Below are positions 10,775-20,718 of a stretch of 64,000 bases of DNA, one piece after another. Source of the stretch: an uncultured Gemmatimonadaceae bacterium. GTDB lineage: Bacteria; Gemmatimonadota; Gemmatimonadetes; Gemmatimonadales; Gemmatimonadaceae. Under the pieces are notes generated by a model. The model ran no database searches and was not told where the DNA came from. It saw only the letters and a list, made by a program, of their open reading frames with translations. Each line of letters begins with the position of its first letter. Positions within the stretch are counted from its first letter, which is position 1. The translations under genes and the position numbers were made by a program. The stretch is taken from contig CAWFQK010000004.1 in the NCBI GenBank assembly GCA_963817955.1, positions 1,088,001-1,152,000 of the forward strand, given 5' to 3'.

Positions 10775-10987
10775 GACGATCTCCTGTCGTGCTGACTCAC
10801 ACAACAGTGCCGTTACGCCACCGCGATGTCTGTGAGGCAACGTTCAACTCGACGTCCAACATTCCCTGAAGGTTTCCGAATGGCAGTCTCGGCCTCTGGT
10901 CACCCGCTGGTCGCGAACCGGGCACGGCCGCGAGCCCCGAAACGGCCTGGTCGCTTAGATTCGAGTCAATCCTACGCCAAGGCACTC

Positions 10988-13444
10988 ATGCGCCCGTTTG
11001 TTTCCGGTCTCGCCGCGCTCGTCCTTGCTGCGCCTGCGTTCGCGCGCGCGCAGCAAACCGGCAACCCCAATCTCGAGCGTATCACCAACGACGCTTATAC
11101 GCGCTCGCACGACTACGACCTCGTGCACCAGCGCATCAGCGTCCGCGACTTCAACTGGGATTCCCTCTCGTTTACCGGACGCGTGGCCACGACGCTCATC
11201 GCGCGCCGCCCAGGGCTCGACTCCGTGGTGCTCGACGCGGGAGCGCGGCTCGCCATTCGATCGGTCACGTCCGGCGCGCGCGCCGCGCTGCGCACCGGAC
11301 GGCACGGCGACACGCTCGTGGTGTACCTCGCCAGGCCCACGGGGTTCGGCGACACGGTGCGCTTCACCATCGACTACGACGCGCGCATCACGAACGGCCT
11401 CGGACTCACGTTCATCGACACTCGGCCGCAGACGCCTCGCCAGATCTGGAGCCAGGGCGAGGACATGAACAACCATTTCTGGTTCCCCACATACGATTTC
11501 CCGAACGACAAGATGACGTGGGAACTCGACGCCACGGTGCCGGCGGGATTCACGGCGATATCGAACGGCGCCCTCGCGGGTGATACGCCGGAGCCGGGGG
11601 CCGGCGGAGCGCACACGTTGCACTGGGACCAGCGAACACCGAGCGCGACGTACCTCGTGTCGCTCGTCGTCGCGCCCCTCGCGAAAGTGCACGACACCTG
11701 GCACGGCATTCCGGTCGACTACTACGTCTACCGCCAGGATAGTGCGCTCGCCCGCCCGCTGTTCCGCGTGACGCCCGACATGATCGACGTCTATTCGCGT
11801 CTCACCGGCATTCCCTACCCCTGGCAGAAGTACGCGCAGACCACCGTCGCTGACTTCTTTGGCGGCATGGAGAACGTGAGCGCCACGACACTCGTCGATT
11901 GGCTTCCCGACGCCGCCGCGTACCCGGACCGTCCGTGGTATCAGTATATCCTCATTCCTCACGAACTGGCGCACCAGTGGTTTGGCGACTACGTGACGAC
12001 GGAGAATTGGGCCAACACCTGGCTCAACGAAGGCTTCGCCGAGTTCATGCCCGGGCAGTATTGGTCGCAGAAGCTGGGGGCGCGCGCGGAACAGGACTAT
12101 TACGCGGACGAATACCGGCAGTTCATGGGGATCGAGGCGAGACGTCCCATGCCGCTCGCGTCGATGGGATCGAACAACATCTATCCCAAAGGAGCGCTCG
12201 TCCTCGAGATGCTGAAGCAGTTCGTCGGCGACGCACCCTTCTGGGCGGGCGTGCACCGGTACCTGGTCGATCATGCCTTGGGCGGGGCAACGACGGATGA
12301 CCTGCGGCAGGCATTCCTCAGTGCCACGGGCCAGAATCTCGACTGGTTCTGGCGCGAATGGATGTACAGCGCGGGATACCCCGCGTTCACGGTCACGTCG
12401 TCCTATGACGCAGCCGCGCGCCGCCTGACGCTCGTTGCGCGGCAGACGCAGCGCGACTCGCTCCACGCCGACAGTACCGGCATGCGCTACCCCATTCCTG
12501 AAACGTTCGTCATGCCGGTGACGATCCGCGTCGGCACGAGCGCCGGTGATGTCGTGCAGCAGACGTGGATCCGTCAGCGCGATGATACCATCATCGTCGA
12601 TGGAGTGACCTCCGCGCCAACGATGGTCGTATTCGACGACAGCAATCACATCCTCAAGTCTTTGGATTTCGAGCAGCCAACGGCGTGGCTCGCCACGCAA
12701 CTCGCGCGCGACGCTGATCTGTGGAACCGCAACTGGGTCATCGGCCAGCTGGCCACTCGGAAGAGCGACGTCGCCGCCGCTGCAGCCGTGGCGAGCGCCG
12801 CAACGAGCGCGGACTACTTCGAGACGCGCGCCGTCGCGACGCAGGCACTCGCGGGCTTTCCGCAAGCCATCGTCCTTCCCGCCCTCGAGCGAGCGCTTGC
12901 CGACACGTCCGCGCAGGTGCGCACAGCCGCCGCCAGCGTGTTGGGCAGCGTCGGCGGTGCGCACGCCAGCAATCTCGCGCGAACGGCATGGAGCAAGGAT
13001 CGCAGCTATGAGGTGCGGGCATCAGCGCTCGCGTCATTGCTGCAGCTCGACACGGCGGCGCGGCGCGCGCTCATCGCGCAAGGCCTCGCGACACGCTCGT
13101 ATCGCGATGCCATTCAGAACGCAGCACTGCTGGGGATCGCGCGGAGCAACGATACGACTTTCATAGGTGACATACAGCGCCTGGTGGGCGATCAGTCGTT
13201 GCCCACACGCGTCCTCGCCGTCTTCAGCGCCCGCGGAAACGAACACGCGCTCAGCGCGCTCACTGCAGATCTCGACGACACTCGTTCGTGGGTACGTGGG
13301 TGGGCGCTCGCGGCGCTCGGCACCATCGAGCCGGGCCGGCGGCTGGCGCTCCTGCAAGACGTGGAGCCGCGACTCACGCACGCCGATACGCGAGCGGCGG
13401 TGCAGCGGGCGATCGAACAGCTAACAAAACGCCCGACGCGTTGA
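10988..13444 (+). CDS. Secreted M1 family aminopeptidase with C-terminal HEAT repeats
   Basis: Signal peptide, GGMEN, HELAHQWFG...NEGFA zinc motif, HEAT-like tail. Confidence 0.9.
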   Translation: MRPFVSGLAALVLAAPAFARAQQTGNPNLERITNDAYTRSHDYDLVHQRISVRDFNWDSLSFTGRVATTLIARRPGLDSVVLDAGARLAIRSVTSGARAALRTGRHGDTLVVYLARPTGFGDTVRFTIDYDARITNGLGLTFIDTRPQTPRQIWSQGEDMNNHFWFPTYDFPNDKMTWELDATVPAGFTAISNGALAGDTPEPGAGGAHTLHWDQRTPSATYLVSLVVAPLAKVHDTWHGIPVDYYVYRQDSALARPLFRVTPDMIDVYSRLTGIPYPWQKYAQTTVADFFGGMENVSATTLVDWLPDAAAYPDRPWYQYILIPHELAHQWFGDYVTTENWANTWLNEGFAEFMPGQYWSQKLGARAEQDYYADEYRQFMGIEARRPMPLASMGSNNIYPKGALVLEMLKQFVGDAPFWAGVHRYLVDHALGGATTDDLRQAFLSATGQNLDWFWREWMYSAGYPAFTVTSSYDAAARRLTLVARQTQRDSLHADSTGMRYPIPETFVMPVTIRVGTSAGDVVQQTWIRQRDDTIIVDGVTSAPTMVVFDDSNHILKSLDFEQPTAWLATQLARDADLWNRNWVIGQLATRKSDVAAAAAVASAATSADYFETRAVATQALAGFPQAIVLPALERALADTSAQVRTAAASVLGSVGGAHASNLARTAWSKDRSYEVRASALASLLQLDTAARRALIAQGLATRSYRDAIQNAALLGIARSNDTTFIGDIQRLVGDQSLPTRVLAVFSARGNEHALSALTADLDDTRSWVRGWALAALGTIEPGRRLALLQDVEPRLTHADTRAAVQRAIEQLTKRPTR

Positions 13445-13482
13445 TGCGTCAGGCGTAGCAGGTCGAGGGACACGAGTACGGA

Positions 13483-14109
13483 TCACGCGCGGTAGGGCGA
13501 TTCCTCATCGTCATCTGCCGCGCCCCACCGTACGCGCTCCTTCGGCGCATCCGGCACCGGCACTGGGTCCCGCACGAGCGGCCGTGCAAGATCCAGCAAG
13601 CCGACGCTCAGATGCGCGCCGTACTTGAGCAGATTGGCCGCGCGGCTCTTGACCGCGAGCAGGAACGCAAGCGGCGCCTTGTCGCGTTTTGCCGCGTTGC
13701 ATGCAGAGCAAGACAGCACGAGGTTATCGCGGCGATCGAAGGCAGTCTGTCCACGGCGCGGCGCGACGTGATCCAGCGTCATGACCCGGGGAGAGAACTT
13801 GACGCCACAGTAGGCACAGTGCGGTCCGTAGTGCTTCAACAGCCATGCGCGCGTGTCGACCTGCGCGGCTCTGCTGGTGGAATGCGACGTCAACTCGTGC
13901 TGTGTCGCTCCTGCGCCCCGCTTGCGACCGCGACCTCGCGTGGCCGGCCGTCCGCCGGCGGCCTTGGCGACCGTCTTGGGCTTGGAGTGAGACGTCCCCC
14001 CCGTGTGCGACCGAGCTGGGGACGCCGCTGGAGTGGCCGGATGATGGCGTCGCGTCGGCCCGGTTACCGGGGTCTTTCGATACGGTGATTCTTCTCGGCT
14101 GTTTGGCAT
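13483..14109 (-). CDS. HNH endonuclease with a basic, low-complexity N-terminus
   Basis: CAYC...TLDHVAP...NLVLSCSACNAAK HNH/zinc motif. Confidence 0.8.
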   Translation of the reverse strand: MPNSREESPYRKTPVTGPTRRHHPATPAASPARSHTGGTSHSKPKTVAKAAGGRPATRGRGRKRGAGATQHELTSHSTSRAAQVDTRAWLLKHYGPHCAYCGVKFSPRVMTLDHVAPRRGQTAFDRRDNLVLSCSACNAAKRDKAPLAFLLAVKSRAANLLKYGAHLSVGLLDLARPLVRDPVPVPDAPKERVRWGAADDDEESPYRA

Positions 14110-14255
14110 GACTGACGGAAGTCTAACATCGGGACCCGTTCGGTGTCGGATCTGAGGCACCACGGACCGTGCCTTGCATGCGTTCGGTGCGCCCGGTGCG
14201 CCCGGCCCGTGGAACGCGCCGAGGGTCGCCCAATTCCTCGCTGGAGGATGCGCCG

Positions 14256-14963
14256 ATGTCGGTCGTACACCTGCGCTTGCTCGCTTTGGTGTTGCCGGTC
14301 GCCGCCGCTGCCGCAATTGCGGCCTGTGATGTCCGGCTAGGCGTCATCACCGGACTCGCAACGGACACCACTGCCACCGTGCGCTTCAACAACGCCACGA
14401 ACACTGCGATCGACGTGGTGAATGACGGAACCATCACAGCGGGAAACGGAAATCTGGGCTTCGGCGCGAACTCCTCGTGCATGACCGTCAGCACCACGGC
14501 CGGCAACAGCCTCCTATTCCAGCAGGCGGGTACGTTTACGGCCATTCCGGGCTTTGCGCAGAATTTCGCGCCGGGCGGCAACTATACCGTCATCGCATTC
14601 CAGACAGCGATCGGCGCCACGCAGTTCGCAACTCTGAGCAACAGCTTTACGCCAGCGGGGGGGCAGGCTGGCGTGCGCATCTTCAACGCCGCGCCGGGCG
14701 CCGGCAGTCTCGACGCATATGTCACAGCACCCGGCGCCGCGCTCGGAACGGCCAGCGCCACAGCGATCAGTTTCGGAACTGCCTCGAGCTTCTTTGGCGT
14801 GAACTCCGGTGGACAGGAGCTACGGCTGACGAATGCCGGAACCCAAACCGTCGTACTCGACGCCGGGACCCTGATCTTTACGGGCGGGCTGAATTCCACG
14901 GTCATCGTCGCGCCGGCTACAGGCACTAGCGCACTGCAGGCATTCTCGATTCCCGCCTGCTGA
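14256..14963 (+). CDS. DUF4397-like lipoprotein
   Basis: RBS ggagg, lipobox IAAC, VRIFNAAPGAGSLDAYV motif. Confidence 0.75.
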   Translation: MSVVHLRLLALVLPVAAAAAIAACDVRLGVITGLATDTTATVRFNNATNTAIDVVNDGTITAGNGNLGFGANSSCMTVSTTAGNSLLFQQAGTFTAIPGFAQNFAPGGNYTVIAFQTAIGATQFATLSNSFTPAGGQAGVRIFNAAPGAGSLDAYVTAPGAALGTASATAISFGTASSFFGVNSGGQELRLTNAGTQTVVLDAGTLIFTGGLNSTVIVAPATGTSALQAFSIPAC

Positions 14964-15010
14964 GCGGCTGGGGGTGTACCGGCGCGCACGATTGCAAATG
15001 GGTCCGCGCA

Positions 15011-18000
15011 TTACATGGACGATCCAGCTGCCCTCCGCCCCGCTCGCGGTTCTCCAAGCCACCGTGCAACGACCCCGAGCAACTGGCGGGCGACAAACGG
15101 CTTATCCAGGAATTCTACGTTATTCCAATCCCGCCTATCGGCGCTCAATGCGTCGTGACTGTTGGACGTAGTGAGTACCACCGGAATCTCGAGTTCGACG
15201 CTGTCGAGCCAGGCAAGTAGCGCTTTCCCGCCAAGGCGCGGCATCGTCACGTCGCTGATGATGAGATCCACGGTGTCCGCGGCGCTGCCGATTAGGTCTC
15301 GGACCTCGTCGCCCGTGGCGCACGCGCACACATCATATCCGTTATCCCGGAGAATGCGCTCCATGATGCCGCGCAGCATGGGATTCTGCTCGGCAACAAC
15401 AATTCGCAAACGTGTACTCTCGCCAGCAAGAGACGCGGGCGACGACAGTGCTGCCTCGGCGTCGTCCGCCGGCGCGGCAACTGGCGCGGCCACCGGCGCT
15501 GCACCAAGAATGGGCAATAGAATGCGAAACGTCGTTCCGCGGCCGACGGTACTCTCGACGTCGATGACCCCATTCAGCTGGCTGACGATGCCGTGAACCG
15601 TGGACAGGCCCAGCCCCGTGCCCTCCCCCTTTCCCTTGGTCGTGAAAAAGGGCTCGTAGATCTTGCTCAGGATTTCTGGTGGTATGCCTGCACCCTCGTC
15701 GGCCACTTCCAACTCGATGAACTTTCCGGCTTCCACGAACATTCCACCCACGCGAGTCCGTTCGACAAGCTCGCGCTCGCGCACAGTGACTCGCAGTTCG
15801 CCGCCGTTCGGCATCGCGTCGCGCGCGTTGACCGCGAGATTGACCACCACTTGCTGCAGCTGCCCTTCGTCGGCCAGCACCATCGGGTGCTCCACTGCAC
15901 ATGCAACCGTGATACGAACACGCTCCCCGACGATCGGCTGGAGCATGCGCTGTAAGTCCCGCACGACGAACCCGACGTCAATCGGCTGGAGGTGGAACAC
16001 CTGCCGCCGACCGAACGCCAGCAACTGGCGCGTCAACTTGGCGGCGCGGTCGGCGGTAGCGAGGATCTCCGCGGTGAAGCTCTTGAGCTGCGAATCGTTG
16101 GCTGAAAGGCCATCCATCACGAAGCGACCGTACCCCATCACCGCGGTCAGCATGTTGTTGAAGTCGTGCGCAATGCCGCCGGCAAGTTGCCCAATGGCCT
16201 CCATCTTCAATGCATGGCGCAGCTGTGCGGTGAGCTCACGCACATCGGTGACGTCGGTCGTTACTTCGAACGTACTCTGTCCGTCCTCCGTCTCGAGCGG
16301 AAAATAGCTTGCGACCACGGTGCGCGTACGCCCGTGAGAATCCACAAGCGAATTCTCGCACGCTGCCAGATCGCCATTGCGGGCGCGTTGAAGCCCCTCG
16401 AGCGCAACGCCCGCGGAGCCAATCCCAATGACATCGACCAGCGGACGGCCGAGGATTTCGACGTCCATCTTGCCGAGGAACTCGCGATAGGCGCGATTCA
16501 CAAAGACGTACCGCCCGTCTGCATCGAGCTGGCCTACGAGAACCGGCATTCCCTCGAGGAGCGTGCGATTCCGCATCGCCTCGGCGTGGAAGTGGCGTTC
16601 CGCATTCACCTCCTCTGTCCGATCCAGCAGGAGCGCGACGACGCCATCCACGACGCCGTGCTCGTCACGGAGCGGAACAGCCGACAGCTCGATCTCGCGC
16701 ACCTGACCATCCTTACGCGGACGCTGTCCGCGCAACCGGCTCACCGACGTGCCCGTCGCGGTGAGCGTATCGATCCCCCGCCGAATCTTGTCCCCGACGT
16801 CGCCGTCCCACGGCAGCGCGCCATCGACCAGCTCACCCTCCTGCCAGCCAAAGATCTCTTCAGCCGCCGGGTTCCATGTCTGGACCCGGTGCGCTCGATC
16901 GAGCGTGACTATGGCCACCGGCGCATCACGAATGATCGCCGAGAGAAGTTGCGATGTCCGGCGCACTTCCTCGTACGCTCGCATCTGCGTCGTCAGATCG
17001 AGAACGGAGTAGATGATCCGTCGCGCCTTGATTCCCGACCGCTGTGCCGCGGACACTGTGAGGACGGCCCACACCACCCCACCATCCTTGCGAATGTATC
17101 GCTTGGTGATCGAGTATCGCCGAATCACGCCCGAGCACAGTTGCTTGATCCGGTCGGCGTCATCCTCGATGTCGTCCGGATGTGTGAAGTCACGAAAGTT
17201 GAGCCGCTGCAGTTCGGCGCGTGTGTAGCCGAGGAACTCGCAGAGCTGCTCGTTCACCCAGAGCCATTCCCCGCTCTCGGTTCCGTGGGCCAGCCCAATT
17301 CCGACGTTCTCGAATGTCACCCGGTAGCGTTCTTCGCGCTCAGAGACCTCTTCTTCCGCGAGCCGTCGCCGACGAAGCTCCCACGTCAGGAGAGCGATGA
17401 CGACACCGCCAATGAGCACCGTCAGGGCGATTGCCGCGATGCTGAGCGCCAGTGTTTCCAGAAAGCGCTGGCGACCACGGTCAGCGTTGATGTCAAGGAC
17501 GGCAAGTCCCCGGTCCGCCACGGCTTGCTTCAGATCGTCGAATGTGTCTCGTTGTGCCGTCACCAGCGGCCGCATCAGACGTGCGCGCCCGACATCGGCG
17601 TGCCCGGTGCCGATAAGTTCGCGTGCCTCCTGGATCGCGTCGAACCGTGCGTGGACCAGGCGCTCAATGGAATCGAGCACCGGCCCTTCCGACGCCAGCG
17701 TACCGGTCATTCGCCTGGCTTCGCGCAAATTCGCATAAGCCCGGCTCTCGTCGGCGGCAATCGTCCCCGCCGCCACCGTATCAGCCTGTCGGTCACCCGG
17801 CAGCAGCACGGCCATCTCGGCCCGCATGACCGTGTGGGAGAGACTTTCCAACTGCGCCAGCGCGGTCTGCAATTCCGCTCGCAGTTCGACGATGGCAAGA
17901 AAGGAGCGCAGTCGCTGCGTCGCCACGATCGCGCTCGCAAGCGTGAGGACGAAGCCGGCAGCCGCAATGACGACCAGGGCGAAATGTACGCGCCGGGCGC

Positions 18001-18025
18001 GCGGGCGACTACGAAGATCTGGCAT
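15011..18025 (-). CDS. Membrane multi-PAS hybrid histidine kinase with C-terminal receiver
   Basis: [29 protein letters not shown], receiver SDVTMP...KPF; colinear with 175..2778. Confidence 0.9.
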   Translation of the reverse strand: MPDLRSRPRARRVHFALVVIAAAGFVLTLASAIVATQRLRSFLAIVELRAELQTALAQLESLSHTVMRAEMAVLLPGDRQADTVAAGTIAADESRAYANLREARRMTGTLASEGPVLDSIERLVHARFDAIQEARELIGTGHADVGRARLMRPLVTAQRDTFDDLKQAVADRGLAVLDINADRGRQRFLETLALSIAAIALTVLIGGVVIALLTWELRRRRLAEEEVSEREERYRVTFENVGIGLAHGTESGEWLWVNEQLCEFLGYTRAELQRLNFRDFTHPDDIEDDADRIKQLCSGVIRRYSITKRYIRKDGGVVWAVLTVSAAQRSGIKARRIIYSVLDLTTQMRAYEEVRRTSQLLSAIIRDAPVAIVTLDRAHRVQTWNPAAEEIFGWQEGELVDGALPWDGDVGDKIRRGIDTLTATGTSVSRLRGQRPRKDGQVREIELSAVPLRDEHGVVDGVVALLLDRTEEVNAERHFHAEAMRNRTLLEGMPVLVGQLDADGRYVFVNRAYREFLGKMDVEILGRPLVDVIGIGSAGVALEGLQRARNGDLAACENSLVDSHGRTRTVVASYFPLETEDGQSTFEVTTDVTDVRELTAQLRHALKMEAIGQLAGGIAHDFNNMLTAVMGYGRFVMDGLSANDSQLKSFTAEILATADRAAKLTRQLLAFGRRQVFHLQPIDVGFVVRDLQRMLQPIVGERVRITVACAVEHPMVLADEGQLQQVVVNLAVNARDAMPNGGELRVTVRERELVERTRVGGMFVEAGKFIELEVADEGAGIPPEILSKIYEPFFTTKGKGEGTGLGLSTVHGIVSQLNGVIDVESTVGRGTTFRILLPILGAAPVAAPVAAPADDAEAALSSPASLAGESTRLRIVVAEQNPMLRGIMERILRDNGYDVCACATGDEVRDLIGSAADTVDLIISDVTMPRLGGKALLAWLDSVELEIPVVLTTSNSHDALSADRRDWNNVEFLDKPFVARQLLGVVARWLGEPRAGRRAAGSSM

Positions 18026-19615
18026 CTATGCGCTAGCCGCGGCGTCTGATCCCGAAGACCCCACGGGAGGCGCCGCGACCGGAACCTCCATCATCCCGTG
18101 CGATTCGAGCAATCGGTGCACCTCGTCGATCAGCGCTCGCATCTCGAACGGCTTGGCCAGGAACGCGGTGCCCGCCCCCTCGAACTCCATATCGGTCAGC
18201 ACTCCCCGCGCATAACCCGAGATGAACAGGATTCGAAGACTCTGATACAACTGTCGCAGGAGCTCGGACAGAATTCGCCCGTCCATGCCGGGCATGATGA
18301 CATCGGTGATGACGAGATCGATGGGAGCGGCGTGAGATTCCACGACCGACAGCGCCTCAATGCCGTTCGTTGCTTCCAGAACTGAATAGCCCTGGTCGCG
18401 TAGCGTCCGGCAGATGACCGCGCGGACCGACAGTTCGTCCTCGACGACCAGAATGACTTCCGCTGGCATCGCCTGAGGCGGCCGTGCCGTGGTCATTGGC
18501 GCAGGCGCCGCACTGCGTGCAATGGGCAGGTACACAGCCACGCCAAGTCCGTGCTGCGGGGATGCAGCTACGAGATATCCTCCCAGTTCGCGGACGGCGG
18601 CCGACAGCAGCGTCACTCGCATCTCTGGCAGCCCGGCCTCGTCGGGGAGCGGTGGCGGGCGCAGACCATCCGGCCGTTCGCCGTCGATCAGCTCATGTGC
18701 CGTCGCTACCAGAGTGATGAATTGTCCCGCTGGTAACGCCGCGGAGGCCACCGCGTTACCATCCGGTGCCACCCTCGGATCCCTGGTGGACACGATGACA
18801 GCCCCCGCGTTCCCAACGGTTGTCGTCGCCGCGAGCACGACATCGACGAGCATCATCTGAAGCGTGCCCTCATCCGCCAAGATCGTCGCGTCCTCCGAAG
18901 CCAGGTCGAGAATGAGCGACGTCTGCTCGCCAATGAGTTGCTGAAGGAGCGGCTCGAGATCTCTCAGCAGCGCATCGATGGCAATCGGCAACGGCTCGGC
19001 AGATTTTCGGGTGCCGAAAGCTAGGAGACGCCGGGCGAGGCGGGAGCCACGCTGGGCCTGCTCCGACAGCGCGTCGACGTCCTGGCGCGCCGGTCCGTCA
19101 GCCGGAATCGAGGGCCGAATGAAATCCAGGAGGGCAAGGATTACCGTCTGGATATTGTTGAACTCCTGGGCGACACCGGTGGTGAGCCGGCCGAGCACCT
19201 CGGATCGCTTGGCCTGACGCAGCTCGGCCTCGGCAGCGCGTCGCCAGGTGAGGTCCCGTTCGATGACCGCGAGCGCAGAGACGTCGCCGCATGGATCGCG
19301 CACTGGCAGGATCGTCACCAGCACGATCGAGGTTCTGCCCTCCGCCCCCAAGCGCTTCGACTCCCAGTGCGCCGGCCGACCCGTTTCGACTACATGGTCC
19401 AGACGCTTCGTCTCAATGCGCCTGGCATCCTCCGGAATAAACCGGGACCAGGGCTGCCCAACTGTCTCAGTAGACGGGAGACCGTAAAACGCCTCGGCGG
19501 CGGGGGGCCAACTCGTTATTGTGCCGGCGGTGCTCACGCCAATGCACAACGCGCCTAGCCCCTCGACAACCTCGGCAAGGTCCTCTAAACGGACCGTGGT
19601 GGGCTGCGGTACCAT
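18026..19615 (-). CDS. PAS - degenerate kinase core - receiver protein (probable pseudokinase)
   Basis: H-box reads GVAQEFNNI (His replaced by Gln); no recognisable N/G boxes; canonical receiver at the C-terminus. Confidence 0.75.
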   Translation of the reverse strand: MVPQPTTVRLEDLAEVVEGLGALCIGVSTAGTITSWPPAAEAFYGLPSTETVGQPWSRFIPEDARRIETKRLDHVVETGRPAHWESKRLGAEGRTSIVLVTILPVRDPCGDVSALAVIERDLTWRRAAEAELRQAKRSEVLGRLTTGVAQEFNNIQTVILALLDFIRPSIPADGPARQDVDALSEQAQRGSRLARRLLAFGTRKSAEPLPIAIDALLRDLEPLLQQLIGEQTSLILDLASEDATILADEGTLQMMLVDVVLAATTTVGNAGAVIVSTRDPRVAPDGNAVASAALPAGQFITLVATAHELIDGERPDGLRPPPLPDEAGLPEMRVTLLSAAVRELGGYLVAASPQHGLGVAVYLPIARSAAPAPMTTARPPQAMPAEVILVVEDELSVRAVICRTLRDQGYSVLEATNGIEALSVVESHAAPIDLVITDVIMPGMDGRILSELLRQLYQSLRILFISGYARGVLTDMEFEGAGTAFLAKPFEMRALIDEVHRLLESHGMMEVPVAAPPVGSSGSDAAASA

Positions 19616-20010
19616 AATGCATGTCCTGCGCAGCGTCGCGCGATTGAATTCGAGAATTACTTCAGTCCCGCAATGAGCTGGCGGGCTTCTTTCAGAGTGC
19701 GGATTGGTCGTGTGCGCGCGAGTTTCGTGGCTGCTGCAGCTACAGCGCAGCCACCGCGGCTGCCGACGTGAACGCAACCGTATGTTCGCGGAAGTACGAC
19801 GTCACTTGGACGAGGGAGGAATTAATGAGAATACGGCTGGAACACTGTGCGCGTTGATCGGCAGATTGCATCGGGCGTTCCCCACGGCCGCCTCGGGGGA
19901 GTTCCCCAAGCGCGGCCTCAGTTCGGCCACTCTAACGGGATTTCGCTAGACTTCCAGCTACGACGGCGTCAGACCTTGCTGCGTCCGGCGGTCTCCTAGC
20001 AGCCTTCGAC

Positions 20011-20718
20011 ATGGCACAGCCTTCCATCCTGATTGTTGACGATGAACCGCAAATCCGGCGGGCAGTCCGGCACGCCATCGAGCGGGACTCCCCCAGGGTC
20101 ATCGAAGCCGCATCGGGGCAAGAGGGTATCGATCTCGCCGCTACACAACAGCCGGATCTCATCATCCTCGATCTCGGGCTGCCCGACATCGCTGGAGAGC
20201 AGGTCTGCCGGGAAATTCGAGGCTGGAGCTCCGTCCCCATCATCGTATTGTCCGCCCGGCATGCGGATTCCGAAAAGGTGCAGCTTCTCGATGCCGGCGC
20301 GGACGACTACATGACCAAGCCGTTCAGTAGCGACGAGCTGAGGGCACGCGTCCGCGCGCAAATCCGCCGCGCGAGGCTTGCGCCGCGTGACGCGAGCGAA
20401 GCGATCGACGCCGACGGGCTGATCATTCGTCTCACCAAGCGAACCGTCGCGCGCGATGGACAGGAGATTCATCTGACGCCGATCGAATGGGAATTGCTGC
20501 GTGCGTTCGTCGCGAGCCGGGGGCGAACGCTCACACACGCACAGCTCTTTGGGATGGTGTGGAATCAGGGGGCCGGCGATCCGCAGCAATACCTCCGTGT
20601 GCACGTCGCGAACCTACGCCGGAAGATCGAACGGGAGCCGCTTCGGCCGCGTCTCATACTCACGGAGCCGGGCGTCGGATATCGATTCGCGGACCCCCGA
20701 GCGGATGGCGATGTCTAG
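20011..20718 (+). CDS. kdpE: OmpR-family response regulator, KdpE type
   Basis: ILDLGLPD, IRGWSSVPIIVLSAR, YLRVHVANLRRKIE and LTEPGVGYRF, all typical of KdpE. Confidence 0.85.
   Translation: MAQPSILIVDDEPQIRRAVRHAIERDSPRVIEAASGQEGIDLAATQQPDLIILDLGLPDIAGEQVCREIRGWSSVPIIVLSARHADSEKVQLLDAGADDYMTKPFSSDELRARVRAQIRRARLAPRDASEAIDADGLIIRLTKRTVARDGQEIHLTPIEWELLRAFVASRGRTLTHAQLFGMVWNQGAGDPQQYLRVHVANLRRKIEREPLRPRLILTEPGVGYRFADPRADGDV

Noticed and set aside
10955..12964. Long antisense ORFs (also 16166..18049, 56922..58514 and 60903..63119)
   Set aside because: Shadow ORFs opposite well-supported genes, expected at high GC.
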